DNA of 64,000 bases from Eledone cirrhosa (Eukaryota). The notes under the pieces are model-generated. The model made no database searches, had not been told where the DNA came from, and worked only from the letters and a program-made list of their open reading frames with translations. The stretch lies in contig OZ024741.1 of the NCBI GenBank assembly GCA_964016885.1, positions 30,938,001 to 31,002,000 on the forward strand. Direction: 5' to 3'. Made by a program: the position numbers and the translations under genes. This document shows, piece after piece, positions 1-12,000 of this stretch (the stretch's first letter is position 1; every line of letters starts with the position of its first letter).

Positions 1-187
1 GACCAAGAGTGCGAAAGAAAAGAATTACGCACAGGTCAAACAGGAAGAAGGAGGAGGAGGAGGGGTAGTAACAGAGAATGAGTGAGTGAAGGGTGAGGAA
101 GAGGCTAACAGAGAGAATGACTGCTAGAGAGGGTAAAGATACAGAGAAAGAGGAAGCGGTAAGAACGAAATAGACGTGTATCATTCT

Positions 188-238
188 CCTTTATTTACGT
201 GTCCCCTTTATTTACATGTCCCCTTTATTTACGTGTCC
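188..238. repeat. 17-bp minisatellite, 3 copies (CCTTTATTTACGTGTCC)
   Basis: Copies at 188-204, 205-221 (one G>A change) and 222-238, read directly. Confidence 0.9.
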
Positions 239-383
239 CAACGACTTTGTTTAGCCGTTGCTCGCACCAACCGGAGGTATATGGTCTTTAAAGCGATGAA
301 ATACCAATGATGGTCGGAAGATGACTGATGAAGGACTAACTTTATTCATATGTAACCCATTAGCAACGCCGCAGCACGTTTAT

Positions 384-387
<4 letters not shown>

Positions 388-424
<37 letters not shown>
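388..424. repeat. (AT)n microsatellite
   Basis: Pure AT dinucleotide run. Confidence 0.97.
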
Positions 425-427
<3 letters not shown>

Positions 428-1242
428 GGAAATTAGTAAAATCGAATCTCTGGCGGTTTGCAAGTAAATTCGGCCTACTTATATGAAATGATGAGTTAGC
501 AAAGCGCTCGATAAGATAGGTCTCAGAGTTATAACAAACGTTTAAATAGCTTGACAAATCGAACATTGTGGTAGGCGAAACTAACACAATATATACCAAA
601 GGAACGATAGAACTAATCAGGTTGAGAAAAATACACCTGGACAAATCAAACGGGCATACGTTTAAAGTTTTTCTCTGAATCCGAAATCAAATATCAGACT
701 TACTTGAATGGCAAGATCGTGGTATTGGTGACTGTACAGAGGACTCAGTTGATCAACAGGTTTTCGTTCTGCTTAGAACAAGGAGTGATAAAATATGTTG
801 CCGCTCGTATGGCTGCTAATCGTGTATATAGTTATCGCGTGTTAATTCCGGCAAGAGAAATAACCCCCGGTTTTTGTCGGGTCAATTCAAATGCTAGCGA
901 ATGGAAATATTTTAATTTCCACTAATCATCATCATAAGCTCTCGACTAGATGTTATAAAACTAACACAAATAATTAACCAATCAACAGAATTTTCCAATT
1001 AAATTAATTGATTAATTATTAAATCTAGGAGATTAATATAATTGGAAATCAGTAAAATCGAATCTCTGGCGGTTTGCAAGTAAATTCGGCCTACTTATAT
1101 GAAATGATGAGTTAGCAAAGCACTCGATGAGATAGGTCTCAGAGTTATAACATACGTTTAAATAGCTTGACAAATCGAACATTGTGGTAGGCGAAACTAA
1201 TACACAATATATACCAAAGGAACGATAGAACTAATCAGGTTG

Positions 1243-1243
<1 letters not shown>
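420..1243. mobile_element. TA-flanked element bounded by ~206-bp direct repeats (1.3 tandem units of a ~616-bp sequence); pLTR/TRIM-like, family unassigned
   Basis: 420-625 and 1036-1243 are the same sequence (ATTGGAAAT.AGTAAAATCGAATCTCTGGCGG...CTAATCAGGTTGA), with 4 substitutions and one 2-bp indel by eye. Both outer ends abut (TA)n arrays. No credible ORF inside. Confidence 0.65.
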
Positions 1244-1360
<117 letters not shown>

Positions 1361-1474
1361 GTATATTTGTCAGTATACGTATGTATAATTAAAAAGACTT
1401 AGAAGACCATACGCTATCGGTTTAAAAATAGTGACTATGTCACTTACTTCTTTTCGGCGAAAGAAAGGAGAGAA

Positions 1475-1514
1475 GCTAACAGTCTGTCTCACGCTGTTTG
1501 GCGATCATCAGAGC
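1475..1514 (-). ncRNA. Degenerate minimal type I hammerhead-ribozyme-like motif (Penelope-like element type), probably inactive
   Basis: Minus strand reads GCT-CTGATGA-TCGC-CAAA-CAG-cgtgagacaga-CTG-TT-AGC. This gives stem I GCT/AGC, core CUGAUGA, no stem II, stem III CAG/CTG and UH=UU. The GAAA box is CAAA and the stems are only 3 bp. Confidence 0.35.
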
Positions 1515-1662
1515 GACACACCCCTGCTTCCGCAGACAATTATAGAAGCTGGATTATTATAGAATTCCAGTAATAATCAGGAGCTGATTATACAGAGTAA
1601 CTGCCGGTCCAGCAAAAATTAGGTATTAGGATTGGTGCTCTGAAATAGCGATGTATACATGA

Positions 1663-1673
1663 ATGTATGTATG

Positions 1674-1708
<35 letters not shown>
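1663..1708. repeat. (ATGT)n/(AT)n microsatellite
   Basis: ATGT tetramers grading into an AT run. Confidence 0.93.
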
Positions 1709-1710
<2 letters not shown>

Positions 1711-1756
1711 AGTAATAATATTTTCGAAACAGCGAACGGGTTTGAAATTATTATAA

Positions 1757-3330
<1,574 letters not shown>

Positions 3331-3388
<58 letters not shown>
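3331..3388. repeat. (TA)n microsatellite, right part of the array interrupted by the Helitron
   Basis: Pure TA run immediately after CTAG. Confidence 0.97.
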
Positions 3389-3390
<2 letters not shown>

Positions 3391-3597
3391 ATTTATGTTG
3401 CGTTGTTTATCAATGGGTAGAGCTGGTCAATACAGTTAGTAAACGATTATGTAATGAATTAAAAAACTTGACTTGAAACAAATCATCTATCCTAGATGCA
3501 GTATCCCGTGGCTGGTGCCGGAAAAGAGCTAAATATACATTTAAAAACAACAGAAGGCCGGACTAGAAACATTCTTTAAAGTTTTACTTTAAAGAAA

Positions 3598-3671
3598 ACA
3601 CTATACGCATTTCAATTGACCAGTTTCATCATCCGATCATGCTGCAAGACTTAAGCGAGTTCATCAGGTGT
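3598..3671 (-). ncRNA. Degenerate type I hammerhead-like motif inside a ~1.08-kb TA-flanked module (3389-4470)
   Basis: Minus strand reads ACAC-CTGATGA-(~52 nt)-GAAA-TGCGTA-TA-GTGT. Stem I is ACAC/GTGT, both core boxes are present, and stem III is very short and near-palindromic. Stem II pairing was not established. Confidence 0.3.
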
Positions 3672-4467
3672 GGATTGCAAAATTAGTTATATACGATAAT
3701 AGGATTACAGTGTACACGAACTGAGAATAGAGGATAGATTTAGTTCGGGCATGTCTCATCAATTGACTGTTATTGTAACGGCAAACCATCCCTGAATGAC
3801 ACGCACACAACAATGCTAAGCATTATGGGGTGTTAGACGCAATAAAGGAGGGGGGTGTTCACAGAAATTCTATTTTCCTCAGAAAATGCCATTCATTAAT
3901 AAGAACGAAGCAGTTCAACGCTACAGAAATGTAGGAGTGCTATATTCTGTGTCAGCAGATCTTGGAGGAAAACCAGTGTAGCGTGACGGTGAAGAATTAA
4001 AGGAGTATAAGTGCTATAAAATTGTGCAATATTAGAAAAATTGTATGAAATAATAAAATATTAAAAATATATTAACAATTATTGTAAAGGTATAAAGATT
4101 ATAAAAACTATAAAGTTAAAAAAAATTATTTAGGTGTGTATGTTATGTTAAATAAATGAAGAAAAATAAATCATGAAAAATATAAGAGAAGAGAATTTTA
4201 AAGAAATATAGTTGATAGTGTAGGGTTACAAATGTGGTTAATTATATTTCTAATGTCAAAGATTCGGTAAAAGTAAATAATTGGATGATTATGAAGTACT
4301 CAAATTATTTTGCGCATATTTGTAGATGAAAATAAAATTGTAGCACTTACCTATAAAGACAATCTTCGATGTTGCATTTGTTCGCAAGTGACCATCTGTA
4401 GTATCTTAATCAATTACTACATTTAGGAGTGATCTCAACCATTTAAAAATATACCAACACAGTTATG

Positions 4468-4594
<127 letters not shown>

Positions 4595-4887
4595 CAAAGA
4601 AAGTGTGGTAAGAAACCAGGTGGACCATAACGCACCAGAGTACTCGATACTTAGGGTAGTAGAATGGGTAATAGTAAAAGAGTTAGGATCCCGACGGCTG
4701 AGCTCCTGCTGTTTGGACAGCTAGATTCGAACTGCTGAATAGGCAGGAGCTACTATACACATATATATAGGCAATATGTTTTTCTGTGAGATCAACAGTC
4801 ACACTTGCATTAATTCTCCTCTCTCTACGTCACCGTTATATTCCAATGGAGACGCAAGAATAATGCAGCCTCGTATCATTGTCCGGG

Positions 4888-5150
4888 GAAAGGAAGTCAA
4901 AATATCATGCCAGAAAATATAATAGCCTTTTTTTCTCACAATTTCACCTGTCCCGGTCGCTCTCCGACAGGTTTGCGGTCGTGCCCCTAGCAGTGGAGAC
5001 TTCTGGTGATATTTGCCCTAGGCTACCTCCCTACTTAACACCATATGCGCTGAGCTAGCTAGCCGCAGGTGTGAGCCTCGCAAGATGAAATGGCTCTTCC
5101 AGTGCATCTCCCTCACCACGGAAACGCCTTCACCATTCTGTACGCCGGGA
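4888..5150 (+). pseudogene. Decayed C-terminal fragment of a CRE-like non-LTR retrotransposon (restriction-like endonuclease tail)
   Basis: Reads ERKSKY...SLSDRFAVVPLAVETSGDICPR / ATSLLNTICAELASRRCEPRKMKWLFQCISLT / HGNAFTILYAG, with frameshifts near 5022 and 5116. This matches the CRE-clade pattern K..KY..L...F.P.AVET.G...EPR...LFQR.SL...RGNA..IL. Confidence 0.75.
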
Positions 5151-6107
5151 CCGAAGTGCGGACAGCGCGTGGGACCACATACCTCATAATACAGAGAGAT
5201 GGGGAGGGGGAGAGAGATGGAGGTGATGACAGTGGGAGTTCGGCTCTTCCGTGTTCGGACCTGGTGGGCAGCGTCAGTGGTCAGTAGGGAGGTAGTGGTC
5301 TGTACTTAGCGCAGGCTTTTAGAACGTTGTATTTGCGATTCTTGTATGTATTATGAAGAAGTGTGAAACAGTTACAGTTATTCATTCCTTCATTTCATCT
5401 ACAGTTATTTTATTTATCATTTGCAATTCTGTAATGAACTTATTCTCTCACTGGAAACACGTAATATAACGCCTTAATATTTGCCAATTCCAATGTAAAG
5501 TAAATGAGAATAAATCACCTAATTTCCTTAACTGATATACTATTTTTCTGAAAGTAACATCATTGCCTTCATATCCCAATACATATTCATTTACATAAGT
5601 ATGGAAACGAGATTAATTCTGTATAACTTGTAAACACATAGAGATTGTATTCTATAATGATATGGTAGTAATCTTACTAGAATATGAAGTGAAGTATCTT
5701 AAAAATTCCAGTCATTTAATCAGACATTATTACTGTTCTGCTACTGCAATGCTTTCTTCAGAATTCATTTCACAATTTCAGAGATCCTGTTTTCTAGAAA
5801 ATTAATTTTTTTGGTTGATTTCTTAAACGCTTCTTTTTTGTGTGTTTATATATAATTTTGACATCACTACTTCTTGGCTTAACGTTTCGTTTGTTAATTT
5901 ATATAATTTTTCTTTGATATCATTTCGTGTTTTGTCTTGAATAACTAGTGTCTCTATAGTTCGGCCTTTCCCACCGTGGGGCCTTAGATAAAGAAGAAAC
6001 AAAAAGAAGGAATAAAAAGCAACCACAAATAACAGCGAAACAAATAGGGAAGAAAATAAATTAATTTGAAAGCGAACTCTATAAAAGGAGACTAAAGGAT
6101 CCGTGAA

Positions 6108-6222
6108 ATGTGTGTATTCGAGTATGTGTTTGTATAGTGTGTGTGTGTTTTGGGTGTGTGTGTGTATTTGAGTGCGTGTGTGTGTATGTGTTTTGGGTGA
6201 GTGTGTGTGTGGGGGTGGGTGA
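6108..6222. repeat. Degenerate (GT)n-rich tract
   Basis: Interrupted GT dinucleotide runs. Confidence 0.8.
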
Positions 6223-7342
6223 GTGCAAAAATGAAAATATTTGAAGAATTCAGGGAAAAAGTGAAGAAGTACTACAATAAAAGAAAATGGAATACTTTGA
6301 TGATTGAAGAAAAAAGTGACTTGAATGGAATGATGAAGACAGCCAGAATATGAGAAAAGAAACAACAATAATAAAAATAAGAACTACAACACCAGCAGCA
6401 ACTAGAAGAAAATCATCAGAACCAGAACAACAACAGTAATAATAATAACACCAATACTAAACTGAATGTGTACAAACGCGAAGAAATCGAACGAAGTAAA
6501 AGAAGTAAGAACGAAACCTATGAGAGCAACAACAGAAAACAACTACTTTTACTACATGCAAATATCTATAGTAACGACAAGCTAAAATAGGAAGCCTCTA
6601 ACTAGTACCTCGACCTGCCAGAAATTGCTACACACTGGTGTGTTAAAGAAATTACACATTGGATAATGTAGCACTAGATATGGAGGTGGGGTGATAAGGA
6701 AGGAAGAGTTTATTTGGTATGATTCCTGTCAACCATTCAGTATAGATCTTATTCTACTTGTCCCTATCGGCCTCCATCTTTCAGCAGTGAAACCCGAACT
6801 GTTTGCATGCAGAAGTGGAACTCCTTAATCCAAGTTGTAGGTGGCTGGCATGTCTTGACCTCTCTTGGAAATACATTAAATGTCTGTTTTCTTACGCATG
6901 TGTAAATTACAGTTCTCGAGGTTTTTAGGTACAAAACTCAAACAGATGTGGGGAGGTGTCAGTAGATAAAAAGAGGATATTCACCAACATCCTCGTGGAA
7001 AGTGTTCCTTAGAAAACGGTTGTTGCAGTAGCTTGTCATGGTCATCCAACTGCGTCACTGGTATACCACTACTTGTCTAGGTTACCTTGCTATAGGTTCG
7101 GAAGGACGACCACACACGATTTAGGCAGATTGACCAGCGCTGCTCTTCATCAATACAATATAACTCCAACGGAAATTAGGGAAGGAACCAAAATTGTTTG
7201 TTGAATATTTCCTTGCTTCACTGATAGTATTAAGGACATCTGTGACAAGGAAACCCCACCAATATTATACATCTTTCATCTGTATGGATGCAGGCCTGGT
7301 GCAGAAAAGAAAAACAGCAGCAACAACAGCATTAACACTCCG

Positions 7343-7600
7343 ACGACTAAAACAAATCATGAAAGGAAAAGAAACAAATACCTGAGATTGCCTAGCCGCT
7401 TCCACTTCACACCTGTCACCATCGTCACCTCCGGCGTACTCGGACCCCGTACTCCTGAGCTCCTCCGCAATATTGGGATGTCAGCAGCCCGTCTCTGCTA
7501 GGTGTGGTGGCTGTTTCAGCGAGTACAACTTGCCATTGTCCATCGACATGCCTTTGCGGCCTTGTCCGCGGGGTGCAGCCCCAACGCTTCAGCGCCCTAG
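7343..7600 (+). pseudogene. Second decayed C-terminal fragment of a CRE-like non-LTR retrotransposon (RLE tail)
   Basis: A single frame reads TTKTNHERKRNKYLRLPSRFHFTPVTIVTSGVLGPRTPELLRNIGMSAARLC*VWWLFQRVQLAIVHRHAFAALSAGCSPNASAP*. There is an internal stop at 7499-7501. Motif order is the same as in 4888-5150. Confidence 0.8.
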
Positions 7601-7881
7601 GCAGAGAGCTCATCACCCTCCACTCTTCCCCACCCTTTCCTCTGTGGCCTTAGAATCATTTCTCTTCTCTCATTTATGGCTTTCATAGCCCTTTCTTCAA
7701 CTTTCCCATAGAGCCAGATATACCCTTTCTTACGTCTCCCTCATTGTCTCATTAATTTTGCGTCTACCTTTCTTTCTCATATTTATTTATCTTTTAAAAA
7801 TCATTCTTTTTACTTTAAAAGGAAAGCACCATGAAAGATTAACGAGAAAGCAACTAGAAATGGCAGTTAAATAACTCCCTG

Positions 7882-7980
7882 AGTGATGATGATGTTGGTC
7901 GTGACAGTGTTGATGATTGTATTGATGGTAGTGATGATGATGATGGTCGTGGTAATGATGATGGTGTTGATGATGATGGT
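7882..7980. repeat. Degenerate (GAT/GGT)n trinucleotide tract
   Basis: GATGATGAT/GGT runs read directly. Confidence 0.85.
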
Positions 7981-8111
7981 GTACCTATTGTAAACCAGAT
8001 ATACAGAGGGATACAGTGTACCTGTTGTAAACCCGATATACACAGGGATACAGTGTACCTATTGTAAACCCGATATACACAGGGATACAGTGTACCTATT
8101 GTAAACCAGAT
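7979..8111. repeat. 37-bp minisatellite, ~3.6 copies (GTGTACCTATTGTAAACCMGATATACASAGGGATACA)
   Basis: Units start at 7979, 8016, 8053 and 8090 (partial). Confidence 0.93.
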
Positions 8112-8314
8112 GAAAGATTAACGAGAAAGCAACTAGAAATGGCAGTTAAATAACTCCCTGCCATCTTTATAAATAAAAGAAAGAGCATATTAGATAATGT
8201 AACATGTGATAAAACTATCTTAACACCAATAAAGAGTGATGACAATATCGGCCATAAATCTTTGATCATAAGTTTGGTCTATGCAAGTTGAGCTGGGACT
8301 AAGTAATATAAAGA

Positions 8315-8400
8315 TCAGCAGCAGTAGCAACAACAGCAGCAGTAGTAACAACAGAAGCAGTAGCAATAACAGCAGCCGTATCAACAACAACAGCAGCTGT

Positions 8401-8434
<34 letters not shown>

Positions 8435-8800
8435 GTAACAACAACAGAAGCAGCAGCAACAACAACAGTAGCAACAACAGTAGCAGTAGCAACAACAACA
8501 GTAGTAGCAACAACAGCAGCAGTAGCAACAACAACAGCAGCAGCAACATCAGCATCATCACCATCATCAACTGTAGGAGCAGCAATAGCAGTAACAACAG
8601 CAACAGCATCATCATCATCATCATCATCATCAACAGCAGCAGCAGCAGCAGCAGCAGTATCATCATCAACATCATCATCATCATCAACATCATCATCATC
8701 ATCATTAGCAACAGCAGCAGCAGCATCAACATCAGCAGCATCAACAGCAGCAGCAACAACATCATCATCACCAACATCATCATTAACAACAGCAGCAGAA
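8315..8800. repeat. Compound (AGC/AAC/AGT/ATC)n trinucleotide array
   Basis: About 485 bp of in-phase trinucleotide repeats. It produces the poly-S/N/I and poly-L/M ORFs. Confidence 0.95.
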
Positions 8801-8814
8801 GCCGAATTTTTTCT

Positions 8815-9003
8815 ACATTGGCAGTAACGGTAGAGGGTCGGACGAAATGATTTCTAGCATAGAGTTACGGCCCTTGCCATTCTGAGTTCAAATGTCGCCG
8901 AGGTTAACTTTGCCTTTCCTCCTTACGGGGTCGATAAAATAAAGTACCAGTAATACACTGAGTGATTGCTGGCCTTGTGCCAAATGTAGAAACAATTATT
9001 TTT
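8815..9003 (+). mobile_element. Diverged tRNA-derived SINE with a Meta/MESC-like core (resembles abundant Octopus SINEs)
   Basis: A-box-like TGGCAGTAACGG (8819-8830) and B-box-like GAGTTCAAAT (8884-8893). Core ACTTTGCCTTTCCTCCTTACGGGGTCGATAAAATAAAGTACCAG (8907-8950). Tail TTGCTGGCCTTGTGCCAAA...ATTATT. The family assignment is from recall of consensus sequences, not a search. Confidence 0.75.
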
Positions 9004-12000
9004 ACAATAAATTATTTCTTATATTTCCTTCGTTCCTTCCTTCAATACATCATTACAGTCATACTTCCTACCACTCCTTCCTTCCTTCCTTCAATACATC
9101 ATTACAGACATACTTCCTTCCACTCCTTCCCTCCTTCAATACATCATTACAGTCATACTTCCTTCCACTCCTTCCTTCCTTCCTTCAATACATCATTACA
9201 GACATACTTCCTTCCACTCCTTCCCTCCTTCAATACATCATTACAGTCATACTTCCTTCCACTCCTTCCTTCCTTCCTTCAATACATCATTACAGTCATA
9301 CTTCCTTCCACTCCTTCCCTCCTTCAATACATCATTACAGTCATACTTCCTTCCACTCCTTCCTTGCCTCCTTCAATACATCATTACAGTCATACTTCCT
9401 TCCACCCCTTCCTTCCACTCCTTCCCTCTCTCCTTCAATACATCATTACAGTCATACTTCCTTTCACTCCTTCCTTCCTTCAATATATCATTACAGACAT
9501 ACTTCCTTCCACTCCTTCCCTCCTTCAATACATCATTACAGACATACTTCCTTCCACTCCTTCCCTCCTTCAATACATCATTACAGTCATACTTCCTTCC
9601 ACTCCTTCCTTCCCTCCTTAAATATATCAGTACAGACATACTTCCTTCCACTCCTTCCCGCCTTCAATACGTCATTACAGTCATACTTTCTTCCACTCCT
9701 TCCTTCCCTCCTTCAATACATCATTACAGTCATACTTCCTTCCACTCCTTCCTTCCTTCAATACATCATTACAGTCATACTTCCTTCCACTCCTTCCTTC
9801 CCTCATTCAATATATCATTACAGACATACCTCCTTCCACTCCTTCCTTCCTTCAATACATCATTACAGTCATACTTCCTTCCACTCCTTCCTTCCTTCAA
9901 TACATCATTACAGTCATACTTCCTTCCACTCCTTCCTTCCCTCCTTCAATATATCATTACAGTCATACATCCTTCCACTCCTACCATCCCTCCTTCAATA
10001 CATCATTACAGAATACTTCCTTCCACTCCTTCCTTCCCTCCTTCAATACATCATTACAGTCATACTTCCTTCCTCTCCTTCCTTCCCTCCTTCAATACAT
10101 CATTACAGACATACTTCCTTCCACTCCTTCCTTCCTTCAAAACATCATTACAGTCATACTTCCTTCCACTCCTTCCTTCCCTCCTTCAATACATCATTAG
10201 AGTAATACTTCCTTCCACTCCTTCCTTCCTACAATACATCATTACAATCATACTTCCTTCCGCTCCTTCCTTCTCTCCTTCAATATATCATTACAGACAT
10301 ACTTCCTTCCACTCCTTCCTTCCTTCAATACATCATTACAGTCATACTTCCTTCCACTCCTTCCTTCCCTCCTTCAATACATCATTACAGAATACTTCCT
10401 TCCTCTCCTTCCTTCCTTCAATACATCATTACAGTCATACTTCCTTCCACTTCTTCTTTCACTCCTTCAATATATCATTACATAATACTTCCTTCCACTC
10501 CTTCCTTCCTTCAATACATCATTACAGTCATATTTCCTTCCACTTCTTCCTTCCTTCAATATATCATTACAGTCATACTTCCTGCCACTCCTTCCTTCCC
10601 TCCTTCAATATATCATTACAAACATACTTCCTTCCACTCCTTCCTTCCTTCAATACATCATTACAGTCATACTTCCTTCCACTCCTTCCTTCCCTCCTTC
10701 AATACATCATTACAGTCGTACTTCCTTCCACTCCTTCCTTCCCTCCTTCAATACATCATTACAGTCATACTTCCTTCCACTCCTTCCTTCCTTCAATACA
10801 TCATTACGGTCATACTTCCTTCCACTCCTTCCTTCCTTCAATACATCATTACATTCATACTTCCTTCCACTCCTTCCTTCCCTCCTTCAATACATCATTA
10901 CAGTCATACTTCCTTCCACTCCTTCCTTCCCTCCTTCAATATATCATTACAGTCGTACTTCCTTCCACTCCTTCCTTCCTTCAATACATCATTACAGACA
11001 TACTTCCTTCCACTCCTTCCTTCCTTCAATACATCATTACAGTCATACTTCCATCCACTCCTTCCTTCCCTCCTTCAATACATCATTACAGACCTACTTC
11101 CTTCCACTCCTTCCTTCCTTCAATACATCATTACAGTCATACTTCCTTCCACTCCTTCCTTCCCTCCTTCAATATACCATTACAGACATATTTCCTTCCA
11201 CTCCTTCCTTCCTTCCTTCAATACATCATTACAGTAATACTTCCTTCCACTCCTTCCTTCCCTCCTTCAATACATCATTACAGTAATACTTCCTTCCACT
11301 CCTTCCTTCCCTCCTTCAATACACCATTACAGACATTCTTCCTCCCACTCCTTCCTTCCTTCAATACATTATTACAGTCATACTTCCTTCCACTCATTCC
11401 TTCCTTCAATACATCATTACAGTCATACTTCCTTCTACTCCTTCCTTTCCTCCTTCAATATACCATTACAGTCATACTTTCTTCCACTCCTTGCTTCCCT
11501 CCTTCAATACATCATTACAGAATACTTCCTTGCACTCCTTCCTTCAATACATCATTACAGTCATACTTCCTTCCACTCCTTCCTTCCTTCCTTCAATACA
11601 TCATTACAGTCATACTTTCTTCCACTCCTTCCTTCCTTCCTTCAATACATCATTACAGACATACTTCATTCCACTCCTTCCACTCCTTCAATACATCATT
11701 ACAGTCATACTTCCTTCCACTCCTTCCTTCATTCAATACATCATTACAGTCATACTTCCTTCCACTCCTTCCTTCATTCAATACATCATTACAGTCATAC
11801 TTCCTTCCACTCCTTCCTTCATTCAATACATCATTACAGTCATACTTCCTTCCACTCCTTCCCTCCTTCAATACATCATTACAGTCATACTTCCTTCCAC
11901 TCCTTCCTTCCTTCAATACATCATTACAGTCATACTTCCTTCCACTCCTTCCTTCCCTCCTTCAATACATCATTACAGACATACTTCCTTCCACTCCTTC

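Larger units (their letters stand above)
7831..8160. repeat. 51-bp direct repeats flanking a 228-bp simple-repeat insert
   Basis: ATGAAAGATTAACGAGAAAGCAACTAGAAATGGCAGTTAAATAACTCCCTG occurs identically at 7831-7881 and 8110-8160. Confidence 0.9.

Noticed and set aside
320-380. CTGATGA at 325-331 as a hammerhead core
   Set aside because: No downstream GAAA box or closing stems before the TA array.
5823-6368. 181-aa minus-strand ORF
   Set aside because: Low-complexity F/L/H/T composition derived from A-rich and GT-rich tracts; no motif.
6595-6760. Possible old dispersed repeat related to 7850-8310 (shared CA.ATT.GATAATGTA and AGAAAT.GC words)
   Set aside because: The similarity is limited to short words, so boundaries and family cannot be supported without alignment to a consensus.
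6780-7340. Possible upstream continuation (zinc knuckle/RLE) of the CRE-like fragment, or a decayed transposase on the minus strand
   Set aside because: Only vague resemblance (e.g. YHYLS...GRTTTHD on +). No CCHC spacing or RPD motif could be established by eye; a frameshift-aware search is needed.
8220-8850. 189-aa poly-L/M and poly-S/N/I ORFs
   Set aside because: Translations of the trinucleotide array on both strands, with no domain content or splice evidence.
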